Of a DNA stretch of 64,000 nucleotides, positions 1-9,825 are shown piece after piece (position 1 is the stretch's first letter; each line of letters begins with the position of its first letter). Under the pieces are notes generated by a model. The model did not search any database, was not told the DNA's origin, and saw nothing but the letters and a program-made list of their open reading frames with translations. This DNA comes from Squalus acanthias (lineage: Eukaryota): positions 1,426,001-1,490,000 of the forward strand of contig JASTWF010000036.1 in the NCBI GenBank assembly GCA_030390025.1, in the 5' to 3' direction. The position numbers and the translations under genes were made by a program.

Positions 1-808
1 CCTTCTTTCCTATAAATAACACATCTGTCTCCTCGCGGAGGCCTTCCCAGTGGCTGTAATTCACTGCTGTACTAAACATCAGCTGTGCGAGTGGGACTCT
101 CCGCTTTTACAAATGACTTCAGACCCACGCAGATAAAATATTAGTTTTACTCGAGAGCCAGGGGAAGTCCTGACAGCTGTCATCTTGGTTTTATTCCAAA
201 GCTGAGGCAAATTTATTTCAAGGCGTCAGGCAGCTGGGCTTGTTTATGGCCACAGGCAAAGGCTCTATTTCCCTGTCGTTGGAGTGGGGGCAGGCGGGGG
301 TGATACAAAACAAAAAAGGCAGGATTTGGAGGGGGGGCATTTCTGAATCATACATTCAGATCTGGATTCCTTCAGCTATTTTCTCCCAGACATCGTCAGC
401 TTTTTCTTTCATAGCCCAACATCTGTGTGCAAAGCACTCCCCCCCTCACCCCCCCAAAGCTGCACTTACCTTAATTGGCCTAGTGCGCCATCTGATGCAA
501 CAGCACGACCCAACCTTCATTAAACCGCCGGTCACGGATGCCCGTCACGTTCCAAATGATTGCCAACAGCTACGGACTGAGGCATCTTTTCCTCCTCTTT
601 CATATTTAGATCTGCTTGTTGGCTTCTCTTGGGGGTCTCATAACATGCGCCATTACCAAGGGCTAATAAAATGATTTGCTTCCCCACCGCACCCCGCCCC
701 CTCCCCACCCACCCATAAAAAAACGGGCACTGCCAATGGGTAATCCATGACTGGCCCCCGGAAGATGCATGCGAGCAGCCCAGAGTGACTGTCCCCACCA
801 CAGTTTCG

Positions 809-2430
809 CTACCTAGCGGAAGCTGAACGCCAACTCTCCGACACCTCCTCCTACCTCCACCTGGACCATGACCCCACTACCGAACATCAAGCCACCGTTT
901 CCAAGACTGTCACTGACCTCATCTCCTCTGGAGATCTTCCCCCCATGGCCGCCAACCTCATAGTTCCCCAACCCCGCACAGCCCGCTTCTACCTCCTTCC
1001 CAAGATCCACAAACAGGACTGCCCTGGTAGACCCATCGTTTCAGCCTGTTCTTGCCCCACGGAACTTATCTCTTTCTATCTCGACTCTATTTTTTTCTCC
1101 CCTTGTCCAGTCTCTTCCCACCTACATCCGCGACTCTTCCGACGCCCTCCGCCACTTTAACAGTTTCCAGTTTCCCGGCCCCAGCCGCCTCCTTTTCACT
1201 ATGGACGTCCAATCCCTCTACACCTCCATCCCCCACCAGGATGGCCTGAGGGCGCTCCGCTTCTTCCTTGAACAGAGGCCCAACCAGTCCCCATCCACCA
1301 CCACCCTCCTCTGCCTGGCTGAACTTGTTCTCACATTGAACAATTTCTCCTTTGACTCCACTCATTTCCTCCAAATCAAAGGTGTTGCTATGGGTACCCG
1401 CATGGGTCCTAGCTATGCCTGCCTTTTCGTGGGATATGTGGAACACTCTTTGTTCCAGTCCTACTCGGGTCCCCTCCCTCACCTCTTTTTCCGGTACATT
1501 GATGACTGTATCGGTGCCGTCTCCTGCTCTCGCCCTGAACGAGAAAATTTCATTCACTTTGCTTCCAATTTCCACCCTTCCCTCACCTTCACATGGTCCA
1601 TCTCCGACTCTTCCCTTCCCTTCCTCGACTTCTCCGTCTCCATCTCTGGGGATAGGTTATTGACAAACATTCACTACAAGCCCAATGACTCCCACAGCTA
1701 CCTGGACTACACTTCCTCCCACCCCGCCTTCTGTAAGGACTCTATTCCATTCTCCCAGTTTCTCCGTCTCCGCCGCATCTGCTCTGATGATGCCACCTTC
1801 CATACCAGTGCTTCCGACATGTCTTCCTTTTTCCTCAACCGAGGATTCCCCTCTACTGTGGTTGACACGGCCCTTAACCGTGTCCGTTCTATCTCCCGCA
1901 CTTCTGCCCTCACCCCTGCCCCTCCCTCCTGGAGCCACGATAGAGTTCCCCTTGTCCTCACCTTTCACCCCACCAGCCTCCACATTCAACGGATCATCCT
2001 CCGCCATTTCCGCCACCTCCAGCGTGATCCCACCACCAAACGCATCTTTCCCTCACCTCCCCTTTCAGCATTCCGTAGGGACCGCTCCCTCCGCGACACC
2101 CTAGTCCACTCCTCTACCACCCCAAGCACCCCTTCCCCTTCGCCCGGCACCTTCCCGTGCAAGCGCAGGAGATGCAACACATGCCCTTATACCTCCCCCC
2201 TTCCCACTGTCCAGGGCCCCAAACACCCCTTCCAGGTGAAACAGCGATTTACTTGTACTTCCTGCAATTTAGTATACTGTATTCGCTGCTCACGATGTGG
2301 TCTCCTCTACATTGGGGAGACCAAACGCAGATTGGGTGACCGCTTTGCGGAACACCTCCGTTCAGTCCGTAAGGGGGACCCCAAGCTTCCGGTCGCCTGT
2401 CACTTTAATTCACCGCTCCATTCCCACTCA
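809..2430 (+). pseudogene. PLE reverse transcriptase + N-terminal part of GIY-YIG endonuclease, with one +1 frameshift in the T run at 1090-1096
   Basis: ORFs 945..1160 and 1201..2463 join if one T is removed from the 7-T run (YLDSIFSPLVQSLPTYIRDSSDAL..MDVQSL). The coding sequence ends at VACHFNSPLHSHS at the CR1 junction. Confidence 0.9.
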
Positions 2431-3205
2431 GGAGGTGTTTCAGGAGGTAGTCACACCAATTAGAGTAACTAATTCAGAAGTAGCCCGTGGTCAGGGACAG
2501 GAAGGTGTGACTACGAGTGAGGCAGGTACAGGGATCCAGGAGGTAGTGTTGGAGGAGCCGCAGCCCTTGCTCTTGTCCAACAGGTTCGAGGCTCTTACTC
2601 CCTGTGTGGATAGGAGCGGGGACTGCAGGGAGGATGAGCAACCTGGCCACAGCACCGTGGTAAGGGGGGCCATTCAAGTGGGGGGAGTAAAAAGAAATGT
2701 TGTAGTGGTAGGGGATAGTATCATTAGGGGGATAGATAGGGTTCTTTGCAGCCAAGAGCGAGAGTCCCGAAGGCTGTGTTGCCTGCCCGGTGCCAGGGTT
2801 AAGGACATCTCCTCTGGGCTGGAGAGAAACTTGGAGTGGGAGGGGGAGGATCCAGTTGTCGTGGTCCATGTTGGTACCAATGACATAGATAGGACAAGGA
2901 AAGAGGTTCTGCTGAGGGAGTTTGAGCAGCTAGGGGCCAAATTAAAAAGCAGAACCTCGAGGGTAATAATCTCTGGATTACTACCTGAGCCACGAGCAAA
3001 TTTGGCTAGGGTAAATAAAATCAGGGAGTTGAATGCGTGGCTCAAAGACTGGTGTGGGAAAAATGGGTTTTGCTTCTTGGGACACTGGCACCAGTACTGG
3101 GGCAGGAGAGAGCTGTTCCGTTGGGACGGACTTCACTTGGCCAGTGCTGGGACAAGTGTCCTGGCGAATCGAATAACTAGGGCTGTGGAGAGGGCTTTAA
3201 ACTAA
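2431..3205 (+). pseudogene. CR1 ORF1 remnant with SGNH/GDSL esterase domain (5' end missing)
   Basis: SGNH blocks VVVVGDSIIRG, CCLPGA, VVHVGTNDI and DGLHL; SNRFEAL motif upstream; stop at 3203-3205. Confidence 0.88.
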
Positions 3206-3243
3206 TTAGTGGGGGGGAGGTTTCAAGAGAGCAAAAAATAAAA

Positions 3244-6195
3244 ATGACAACAGAGAGGGTCATAGACATAGGTAGCAGTAGGGGAATCACAAATCAGAGC
3301 GTGGCAGGAAGGGACAGAGTGTGTGGAGTAAAAGGTAAACTGGTAAAAAGTGAAAAAGCAGGAACTAAGTGCCACAAAGCATATTTGAAAGTTCTCTATC
3401 TGAATGCACGTAGCATTCGTAACAAAATAGACGAGTTAATGGCACAAATAACTACATATGGTTATGATATTGTGGCCATTACAGAAACATGGCTGCAGGG
3501 TGACAATGCCTGGGAATTAAACATACCAGGTTATTTAACGATCAGGAAGGACAGGCAGGAAGGAAGGGGAGGTGGGGTGGCTATGTTAATAAAGGAAGGA
3601 ATCACTGTAATACAGAGTAATGATATTGGGTCAAAAAATCATGATAATGAAACAGTTTGGGTGGAGATAAGGAATAATAAGGTGAAAAAAACATTAGTGG
3701 GCGTAGTCTATAGGCCTCCGAACAGTTGCAACTCTATTGGACGGAGTATCAATCAGGAAATAGTTGAGGCATGTAATAAGGGAACATCTATAATTATGGG
3801 GGATTTTAACTATCATATTAATTGGACAAATCAAATGGGGCAGGGCTGCCTTGAGGATGAGTTCATTGAGTGTATTAGGGATGGGTTTCTTGAGCAGTAT
3901 GTAACTGAACCGACCAGGGGGCAAGCAACCTTAGATCTGGTCCTGTGTAACGAGACAGGATTAATTAAAAATGTCCTAGTAAAGGATCCCCTTGGAATGA
4001 GTGACCATAACATGGTTGAATTCCATATTCAATTAGAGGGTGAGAAGGTTGGATCTCAAACAAGCGTGCTAAGCTTGAATAAAGGAGACTATGAAGGTAT
4101 GCGAGCGGAATTGAGTAGAGTGGATTGGGAAAATAGATTAAAGGGTAAGACGACACATGATCAGTGGTGTACATTCAAGGAGTTATTTTACAACTTCCAA
4201 AAAAAATATATTCCACTGAAAAGAAAAGGGTGTAAAAGAAAGGACAGTCATCCGTGGCTAAGTAAAGAAATTAAGGATAGTATTCGACTAAAAACAAGGG
4301 CATATAAGGTAGCGAAATCTAGTGGGAGGACAGAGGATTGGGAAAACTTTAAAAGGCAGCAAAAAATAACAAAAAGATTGATTAAGAAAGGGAAGATAGA
4401 TTATGAAAGTAAATTAGCAAAAAATATAAAAACAGATAGTAAGAGTTTTTATAGTTATATAAAAAGAAAAAGGGTGGCTAAAGTAAATGTTGGTCCCTTA
4501 GAGGATGAGACCGGGAAATTAATGGTGGGAAATATGGAGATGGCAAAAACACTGAATGAATATTTTGTATCAGTCTTTACAGTAGAGGACACTAAGAATA
4601 TCCCAACACTGGACAAACAGGGGGCTATAGGGGGAGAGGAGCTAAACACGATCAAAATCACTAAGGAAGTGGTACTCGGTAAAATAATGGGACTCAAGGC
4701 GGATAAATCACCTGGACCTGATGGCTTACATCCTAGAGTCTTGAAGGAAGTGGCGGTAGGGATTGTAGATGCATTGGTAATAATTTTTCAAAACTCCCTG
4801 GATTCCGCTAAGGTCCCGGCAGACTGGAAAACTGCTAATGTAACACCCTTATTTAAAAAGGGCAGTAGACAGAAGGCTGGTAACTATAGACCGGTTAGCC
4901 TAACATCTGTGGTAGGTAAAATTTTGGAGTCCATTATTAAGGAAACAGTAACAGGACATTTGGATAATCATAATTTAATAGGACAAAGTCAGCATGGTTT
5001 TACGAAGGGGAAGTCATGTTTGACAAATTTGCTGGAGTTCTTTGAGGAAGTAACATATAGAGTGGATAAAGGGGAACCAGTGGACGTAGTGTATTTAGAC
5101 TTCCAAAAGGCATTTGACAAGGTGCCACACAAAAGATTATTGCTTAAGGTAAAAAATCACGGGATTGGGGGTAATATTCTGGCATGGATAGAGGATTGGC
5201 TATCTAACAGAAAGCAAAGAGTTGGGATAAATGGTTCATTCTCAGACTGGCAATCAGTAACTAGTGGTGTTCCACAGGGGTCAGTGCTGGGTCCCCAACT
5301 CTTCACAATCTATATTAACGATTTGGAGGAAGGGACCAAGTGTAACATATCAAAATTTGCAGATGATACAAAGATGGGAGGGAAAGTAGTGAGTGAGGAG
5401 GACATAAAAAACCTGCAAGGGGACATAGACAGGCTAAGTAAGTGGGCAGAGATTTGGCAGATGGAATACAACACTGGAAAGTGTGAGGTGATGCACTTTG
5501 GCAGGAAAAATCCTAGAGCAATTTATTATCTTAATGGCAAGAAACTGGAGAGTACTGAAGTGCAAAGGGATCTGGGGGTCCTGGTGCACGAAACTCAAAA
5601 GGTTAGTATGCAGGTGCAGCAAGTGATTAAGAAGGCAAATGGAATGTTGGCTTTCATTGCTAGGGGGATAGAATATAAAAATAGGGAGGTATTGCTTCAG
5701 TTGTACAAGGTATTGGTGAGACCGCACCTGGAATACTGCATACAGTTTTGGTGTCCTTACTTAAGGAAAGACATCCTTGCTCTCGAGGCAGTGCAAAAAA
5801 GGTTCACTCGGTTAATCCCGGGGATGAGGGGGTGGTCATATGAGGAGAGGTTGGGTAGATTGGGACTCTACTCATTGGAGTTCAGAAGAATGAGAGGCGA
5901 TCTTATTGAAACATATAAGATTGTGAAGGGGTTGGATCGGGTGGATGCGGGGAGGATGTTCCCGATGACGGGTGAGACGAGAACTAGGGGACATAGTCTT
6001 AGAATAAGGGGCTGCTCTTTCAAAACTGAGATGAGGAGGAACTACTTCACTCAGAGGGTGGTAGGTCCATGGAATATGCTGCCACAAAAAGCTGTAGAAG
6101 CTACAACATTAATTAAATTTAAAACAGAAATAGACAGTTTCCTAGAAGTAAAGGGCATTAAGGGTTACGGGGAGCGGGCAGGAATTTGGACATGA
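3244..6195 (+). CDS. CR1 ORF2: apurinic-like endonuclease + reverse transcriptase, 983 aa, uninterrupted
   Basis: APE motifs YLNARSI, ITETW, GVVYRPP, MGDFN, LDLV, SDHN; RT motifs [47 protein letters not shown]1 C-terminus TRGH..WN.LP. Confidence 0.95.
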   Translation: MTTERVIDIGSSRGITNQSVAGRDRVCGVKGKLVKSEKAGTKCHKAYLKVLYLNARSIRNKIDELMAQITTYGYDIVAITETWLQGDNAWELNIPGYLTIRKDRQEGRGGGVAMLIKEGITVIQSNDIGSKNHDNETVWVEIRNNKVKKTLVGVVYRPPNSCNSIGRSINQEIVEACNKGTSIIMGDFNYHINWTNQMGQGCLEDEFIECIRDGFLEQYVTEPTRGQATLDLVLCNETGLIKNVLVKDPLGMSDHNMVEFHIQLEGEKVGSQTSVLSLNKGDYEGMRAELSRVDWENRLKGKTTHDQWCTFKELFYNFQKKYIPLKRKGCKRKDSHPWLSKEIKDSIRLKTRAYKVAKSSGRTEDWENFKRQQKITKRLIKKGKIDYESKLAKNIKTDSKSFYSYIKRKRVAKVNVGPLEDETGKLMVGNMEMAKTLNEYFVSVFTVEDTKNIPTLDKQGAIGGEELNTIKITKEVVLGKIMGLKADKSPGPDGLHPRVLKEVAVGIVDALVIIFQNSLDSAKVPADWKTANVTPLFKKGSRQKAGNYRPVSLTSVVGKILESIIKETVTGHLDNHNLIGQSQHGFTKGKSCLTNLLEFFEEVTYRVDKGEPVDVVYLDFQKAFDKVPHKRLLLKVKNHGIGGNILAWIEDWLSNRKQRVGINGSFSDWQSVTSGVPQGSVLGPQLFTIYINDLEEGTKCNISKFADDTKMGGKVVSEEDIKNLQGDIDRLSKWAEIWQMEYNTGKCEVMHFGRKNPRAIYYLNGKKLESTEVQRDLGVLVHETQKVSMQVQQVIKKANGMLAFIARGIEYKNREVLLQLYKVLVRPHLEYCIQFWCPYLRKDILALEAVQKRFTRLIPGMRGWSYEERLGRLGLYSLEFRRMRGDLIETYKIVKGLDRVDAGRMFPMTGETRTRGHSLRIRGCSFKTEMRRNYFTQRVVGPWNMLPQKAVEATTLIKFKTEIDSFLEVKGIKGYGERAGIWT

Positions 6196-6432
6196 GTCTA
6201 GGTTCGGATCGGTCATGGCCCTGTGGGTAGTGGAGCGGGCCCAGGGACTGTGTAGCCTGATTCTGCTCCTATTTCGTGTGTGCAATTCTGTTAGATGCAG
6301 GAGATGGTTCTGTGATAGATAGTAGATTGGCGGTTAGGATCAGATCAGCCATGATCTTATTGAATGGCGGAGCAGGCTCGAGGGGCCGATTGGCCTACTC
6401 CTGCTACTATTTCTTATGTTCTTATGTTCTTA

Positions 6433-6567
6433 GACCTCACCGTCCTCGGCCTCTTGCATTGTTCCACGGAAGCTCAGCGTAAGCTCGAGGAACAGCACCT
6501 CATCTTTCGATTAGGCACTCTACAGCCCTCTGGATTCAACATAGAGTTCAACAATTTCAGATCATAA
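6433..6567 (+). pseudogene. C-terminal end of the PLE GIY-YIG endonuclease
   Basis: Reads DLTVLGLLHCSTEAQRKLEEQHLIFRLGTLQPSGFNIEFNNFRS-stop and continues codon-exactly from the Ser ending at 2430. Confidence 0.9.
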
Positions 6568-6894
6568 CCTCGGCCCCTATCAGACACATATATATATATA
6601 TATTTATTTTTTTATCCACACTTTTTGTTTGGCCTTTTTTTCTTCCCTCCCACATGGCAGCTGTCCTTCATTCTGCCAACGCATTTCACACTTCATCTAG
6701 AGCCATCCTTTGTTCCTTAACCTGTCCCATTACCACCTCCTCTTGCCTTGAATATCTCTTAATGTCTCTCAATGTCTCTTAATCTCTCCTGCCTTCTATC
6801 CTATCACTGACCTTCCCTTTTGTTCTTTCATCTCCTCCCCCTTTTCCCAGCCTCTAAACTTGCTTTAAAACTATTCCATTTCCTGCTTTTTTCC

Positions 6895-7918
6895 AGTTCT
6901 GACGAAAGGTCTTCGACCTGAAACGTTTCACAATAAATATTAATGATCTAGACGAGGGAACTAGATGTAATATCTCCAAGTTTGCAGACGACACAAAGCT
7001 GGGTGGGCGTGTGTGTTGTGAGGAGGATGCAGAGAAACTCCAGTATGATTTGGACAAGTTGGGTGATTGGGCAGATGCATGGCAGATGCAGTATAATGTG
7101 GATAAATGCAAGGTTATCCACTTTGGTGGCAAAAACAGGAAGGCAGATTATTATCTGAACGGCAATAGATTGGGAAAAGGGGAAGTGCAACGAGACCTGG
7201 GAGTCCTTGTGCACCAGTCGTTGAAGGTAAGCATGCAGGTACAGCAGGCGGTTAAGAAGGCAAATGGTATGTTGGCCTTCATAGCGAGAGGATTCGAGTA
7301 CAGGAGCAGGGATGTCTTGCTGCAGTTGTACAGGGCCTTGGTGAGACCACACCTTGAGTACTGTGTGCAGTTTTGGTCGCCTTATCTGAGGAAGGATGTT
7401 CTTGCCTTGGAGGGAGTGTAGCGAAGATTCACCAGACTGATACCTAGGATGGCAGGAATGATGTATGAAGAGAGATTGGGACGATTGGGCTTGTATTCGC
7501 TAGAGTTTAGAAGAATGAGAGGGGATCTCATTGAAACTTATAAAATTCTAACAGGACTAGACAGACTAGATGCAGGAAGGATGTTCCCGATGGCGGGGGA
7601 GTCCAGAACCAGGGGTCACAGTCTAAGGATAAGGGGTAAGCCATTTAGGACTGAGATGAGGAGGAATTTCTTCACCCAGAGAGTGGTGAACCTGTGGAAT
7701 TCTCGACCACAGAAGGCAGTTGAGGCCAATTCATTAAATATATTCAAGAAGGAGTTGGATATATTTCTTAAGGCTAAAGGGATCAAGGGATATGGGGAGA
7801 AGGCAGGGACAGGGTACTGAGTTTGGATGATCAGCCATGATCTCATTAAATGGCGGAGCAGGCTCGAGGGGCCGAATGGCCTACTCCTGCTCCTGTCTTC
7901 TATGTTTCTATGTTAACT
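6895..7918 (+). ncRNA. Minimal type I hammerhead ribozyme of the PLE terminal repeat, split by a CR1 insertion (parts 6895-6927 and 7915-7918)
   Basis: Rejoined sequence: AGTT-CTGACGA-A-AGGTC(TTC)GACCT-GAAAC-GTT|AACT. It has the CUGANGA and GAAA boxes, a 5-bp stem II, a 4-bp stem I (AGTT/AACT) and a palindromic ACGT in place of stem III. Confidence 0.72.
6928..7914 (+). mobile_element. CR1 LINE 3' fragment (RT C-terminal half, in-frame TAG at 7419-7421), flanked by GTT direct repeat
   Basis: FTININD..SKFADDTKLGG; ORFs 7011..7421 and 7449..7820 are in the same frame; TTCTATGT tail at 7898-7914. Confidence 0.93.
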
Positions 7919-9384
7919 CTGTTTCTCTGTCCACGGATGCTGCCTGGCCTGCTGAGTATTTCCAGCGTTTTCTGTTGTTATTACAGTTTCCCTTTTAATG
8001 GCTAGCTGCGGATTTTTAAGAGATGAAGTGTTGCCGGATTTTCTGATTCCCCAGCCAAGTACGCTGCAAGCCAAGCTCTCTGGGCAAGCTTCTCCTGTGC
8101 TGGTAGCCTATTCAAATTAGAGGGAAGGACTTGCATCGGAAAATTGAGCAGCAGGTGCATGCGATCATGTCCACTGGGCCGGCTCAACTCCATTTTTTCC
8201 CTTATCGGAAAATCAGAGCTTGTGCCCCCAGAGCATTGCAGATAATTGTCAATCTGTTGCGAGCTGAAATCATCTCCTGCACTGACGTCTAACTCTTGCA
8301 GATGTAGATGCCAATGGAGTGTCACAGTCCCAAGATACGAAGACGGACAGAAATTGGCTTGTCTGCTTGACATAATTGCTTCACTTGAGAAAATGTTTCC
8401 AGCTTTTTTTTTTCCATAGAAACTCCGAAGGCCAGTGGTAAATGGCTCGGGATGCCCATTTCCTTTCTCCTCATTTCAGTCCTCATGGGTGCTCCTGAGA
8501 ATGACTTCTGTTAACCTTGGTACCTACGCTATAGTGGCGTGCTTGTTGGAGCCTGCATCGGTTTTCAGATGTAGGCACGCTCTTGGGAATATGCGGATCA
8601 GAGTTTTCAGAATATTTTATCCGTCTGCAAATTAAGTTAGGACGTTGGATCTACTTTTAAAAGAGTCGGGACATTAAACATTCTGTCCTTTTGCAGTGCA
8701 CACACACTTTAAATTACAACAGTCACTCAACATTCCCAGCAACTCCACAGTATTATTTTAAGACCACGCTTACTGGCAGTGGTGTACTGTGGCATTTCCC
8801 TTCCTCGATCTCCATTGTAACAAACTCTCTCATTTCTTGCGACCAACATCGGCAGGAAGCCCATCGGCAGCCCAACCCCATCAATCTTTGCTGGGCGACA
8901 TCTTCGACTTTCTCTGGGAGTCCACCAGATGGCCATTGCGTTCAATCTTCCCGATGTATTCGTGTTTAGTTGAGGCATAAAACTGAAATTATAGCACAAT
9001 TTGTAATCTTGGCTGCCGCAACACTTCTGAATGCAGCTGTTACACAGCTCTTCCCACGCTAGCCAGATGCAGTTACGATCTCATATCGTCAAGCACGTTC
9101 AGTTTTTTTTTAAACATGAGATTTCCTTTGAAAGGCTGGGACACGACACTGGAAATAAAAGACGAGATCTGGTTAACATCCCACAGGGCGCACATGAGTG
9201 AAAGGGCCAGAAAACAAAAGGGAAGGATGTGTCGTATCAGCATTTGAGTGCATGCCTTTTAAGGCAAGTTAATTTTTAAAAGGAAACCAAAGACCGGCTT
9301 CACAGACAATGATTAAACAATACGGCCTGCTTCGCAGTACTGTGCAATCCAGGAAATGACTCCCATACTGATTCAATGAAGGTT

Positions 9385-9447
9385 GTTGTAAAAGATTCCT
9401 TGGGCACTACTTGAAGAAAAGGTGGGGAGTTCTCCCCGGTGTCCTGG
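9385..9447 (+). mobile_element. Short internal fragment of the Deu-domain SINE
   Basis: GTAAAAGATTCC..GGCACTACTTGAAGAAAAG..GGGGAGTTCTCCCCGGTGTCCTGG matches the full copies at 37.6 kb and 63.85 kb. Confidence 0.55.
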
Positions 9448-9825
9448 TAAGTGCACTGTAGATCTGGGCAAGAAGATTCATTTACAGTGTGTCTGGAGGA
9501 CACCGTGACTGCTAAGCAGAGACTGAAAAGGGGAGAGATAAGGTTTGCAATCAATCTGTGAACATTGCCGTCCATTCCCAAAAATGCTGGAGAGCAGATA
9601 GTGCTGAAAAGGAATCCTGGCAGCACTACGGCTCTCCAAAATGGGGTACTGCTCTAAAATGGAGGCCCAGAGGGACCCACAGATGAGACCCGCGAATAAA
9701 GATTTGAGACAAACCAATATGAGCAAGGGAAAAAAAACAAAGCATGTCAGATTAATGTCGACAAGTATGTAATATACACTTCTACTCCTTTCCATAGTTT
9801 ACCATTACATACTATAGCATACAAT

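Larger units (their letters stand above)
2431..6432 (+). mobile_element. CR1-clade LINE, truncated within ORF1, with intact ORF2 and (TTCTTATG)n tail
   Basis: ORF1 esterase remnant, ORF2 APE+RT, 3' UTR GATCAGCCATGATC..GGCGGAGCAGGCTCGAGGGGCCG..GGCCTACTCCTGCT and octamer tail repeats at 6411-6432. Confidence 0.95.
809..7986 (+). mobile_element. Penelope-like retroelement (PLE), 5'-truncated, interrupted by two CR1 insertions; own sequence = 809-2430, 6433-6927, 7915-7986
   Basis: PLE-type RT motifs (FYLLPKIHK..PGRPIVS, MDVQSLYTSI, GVAMGTRMGP, FRYIDD) are followed by a GIY-YIG endonuclease (NLVYCIRC..LLYIGETKR). The reading frame resumes in phase at 6433. The terminal region carries CTGACGA..GAAAC and continues at 7915 (AACTCTGTTTCTCTGTCCACGGATGCTGCC). 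Confidence 0.92.

Noticed and set aside
240..801. Short ORFs in unique sequence (also 8.0-9.8 kb, 40-43 kb, 52.9-54.4 kb, 60.7-62.3 kb)
   Set aside because: No recognisable domains, and many use non-ATG starts that are not meaningful for vertebrate DNA.
2297..3205. 302-aa ORF as a standalone esterase gene or designed fusion
   Set aside because: It starts at a GTG in an alternative frame of the PLE and runs into truncated CR1 ORF1, so it is a junction by-product.
1201..6195. RT + nuclease + esterase + RT cluster as a novel multi-gene system (retron- or defence-like)
   Set aside because: Fully explained by a CR1 nested in a PLE, with codon-exact rejoining of the PLE frame.
6201..6280. A-to-I hyper-editing as the cause of divergence of the first CR1 tail copy
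   Set aside because: A-to-G changes are present but mixed with many other substitution types and indels.
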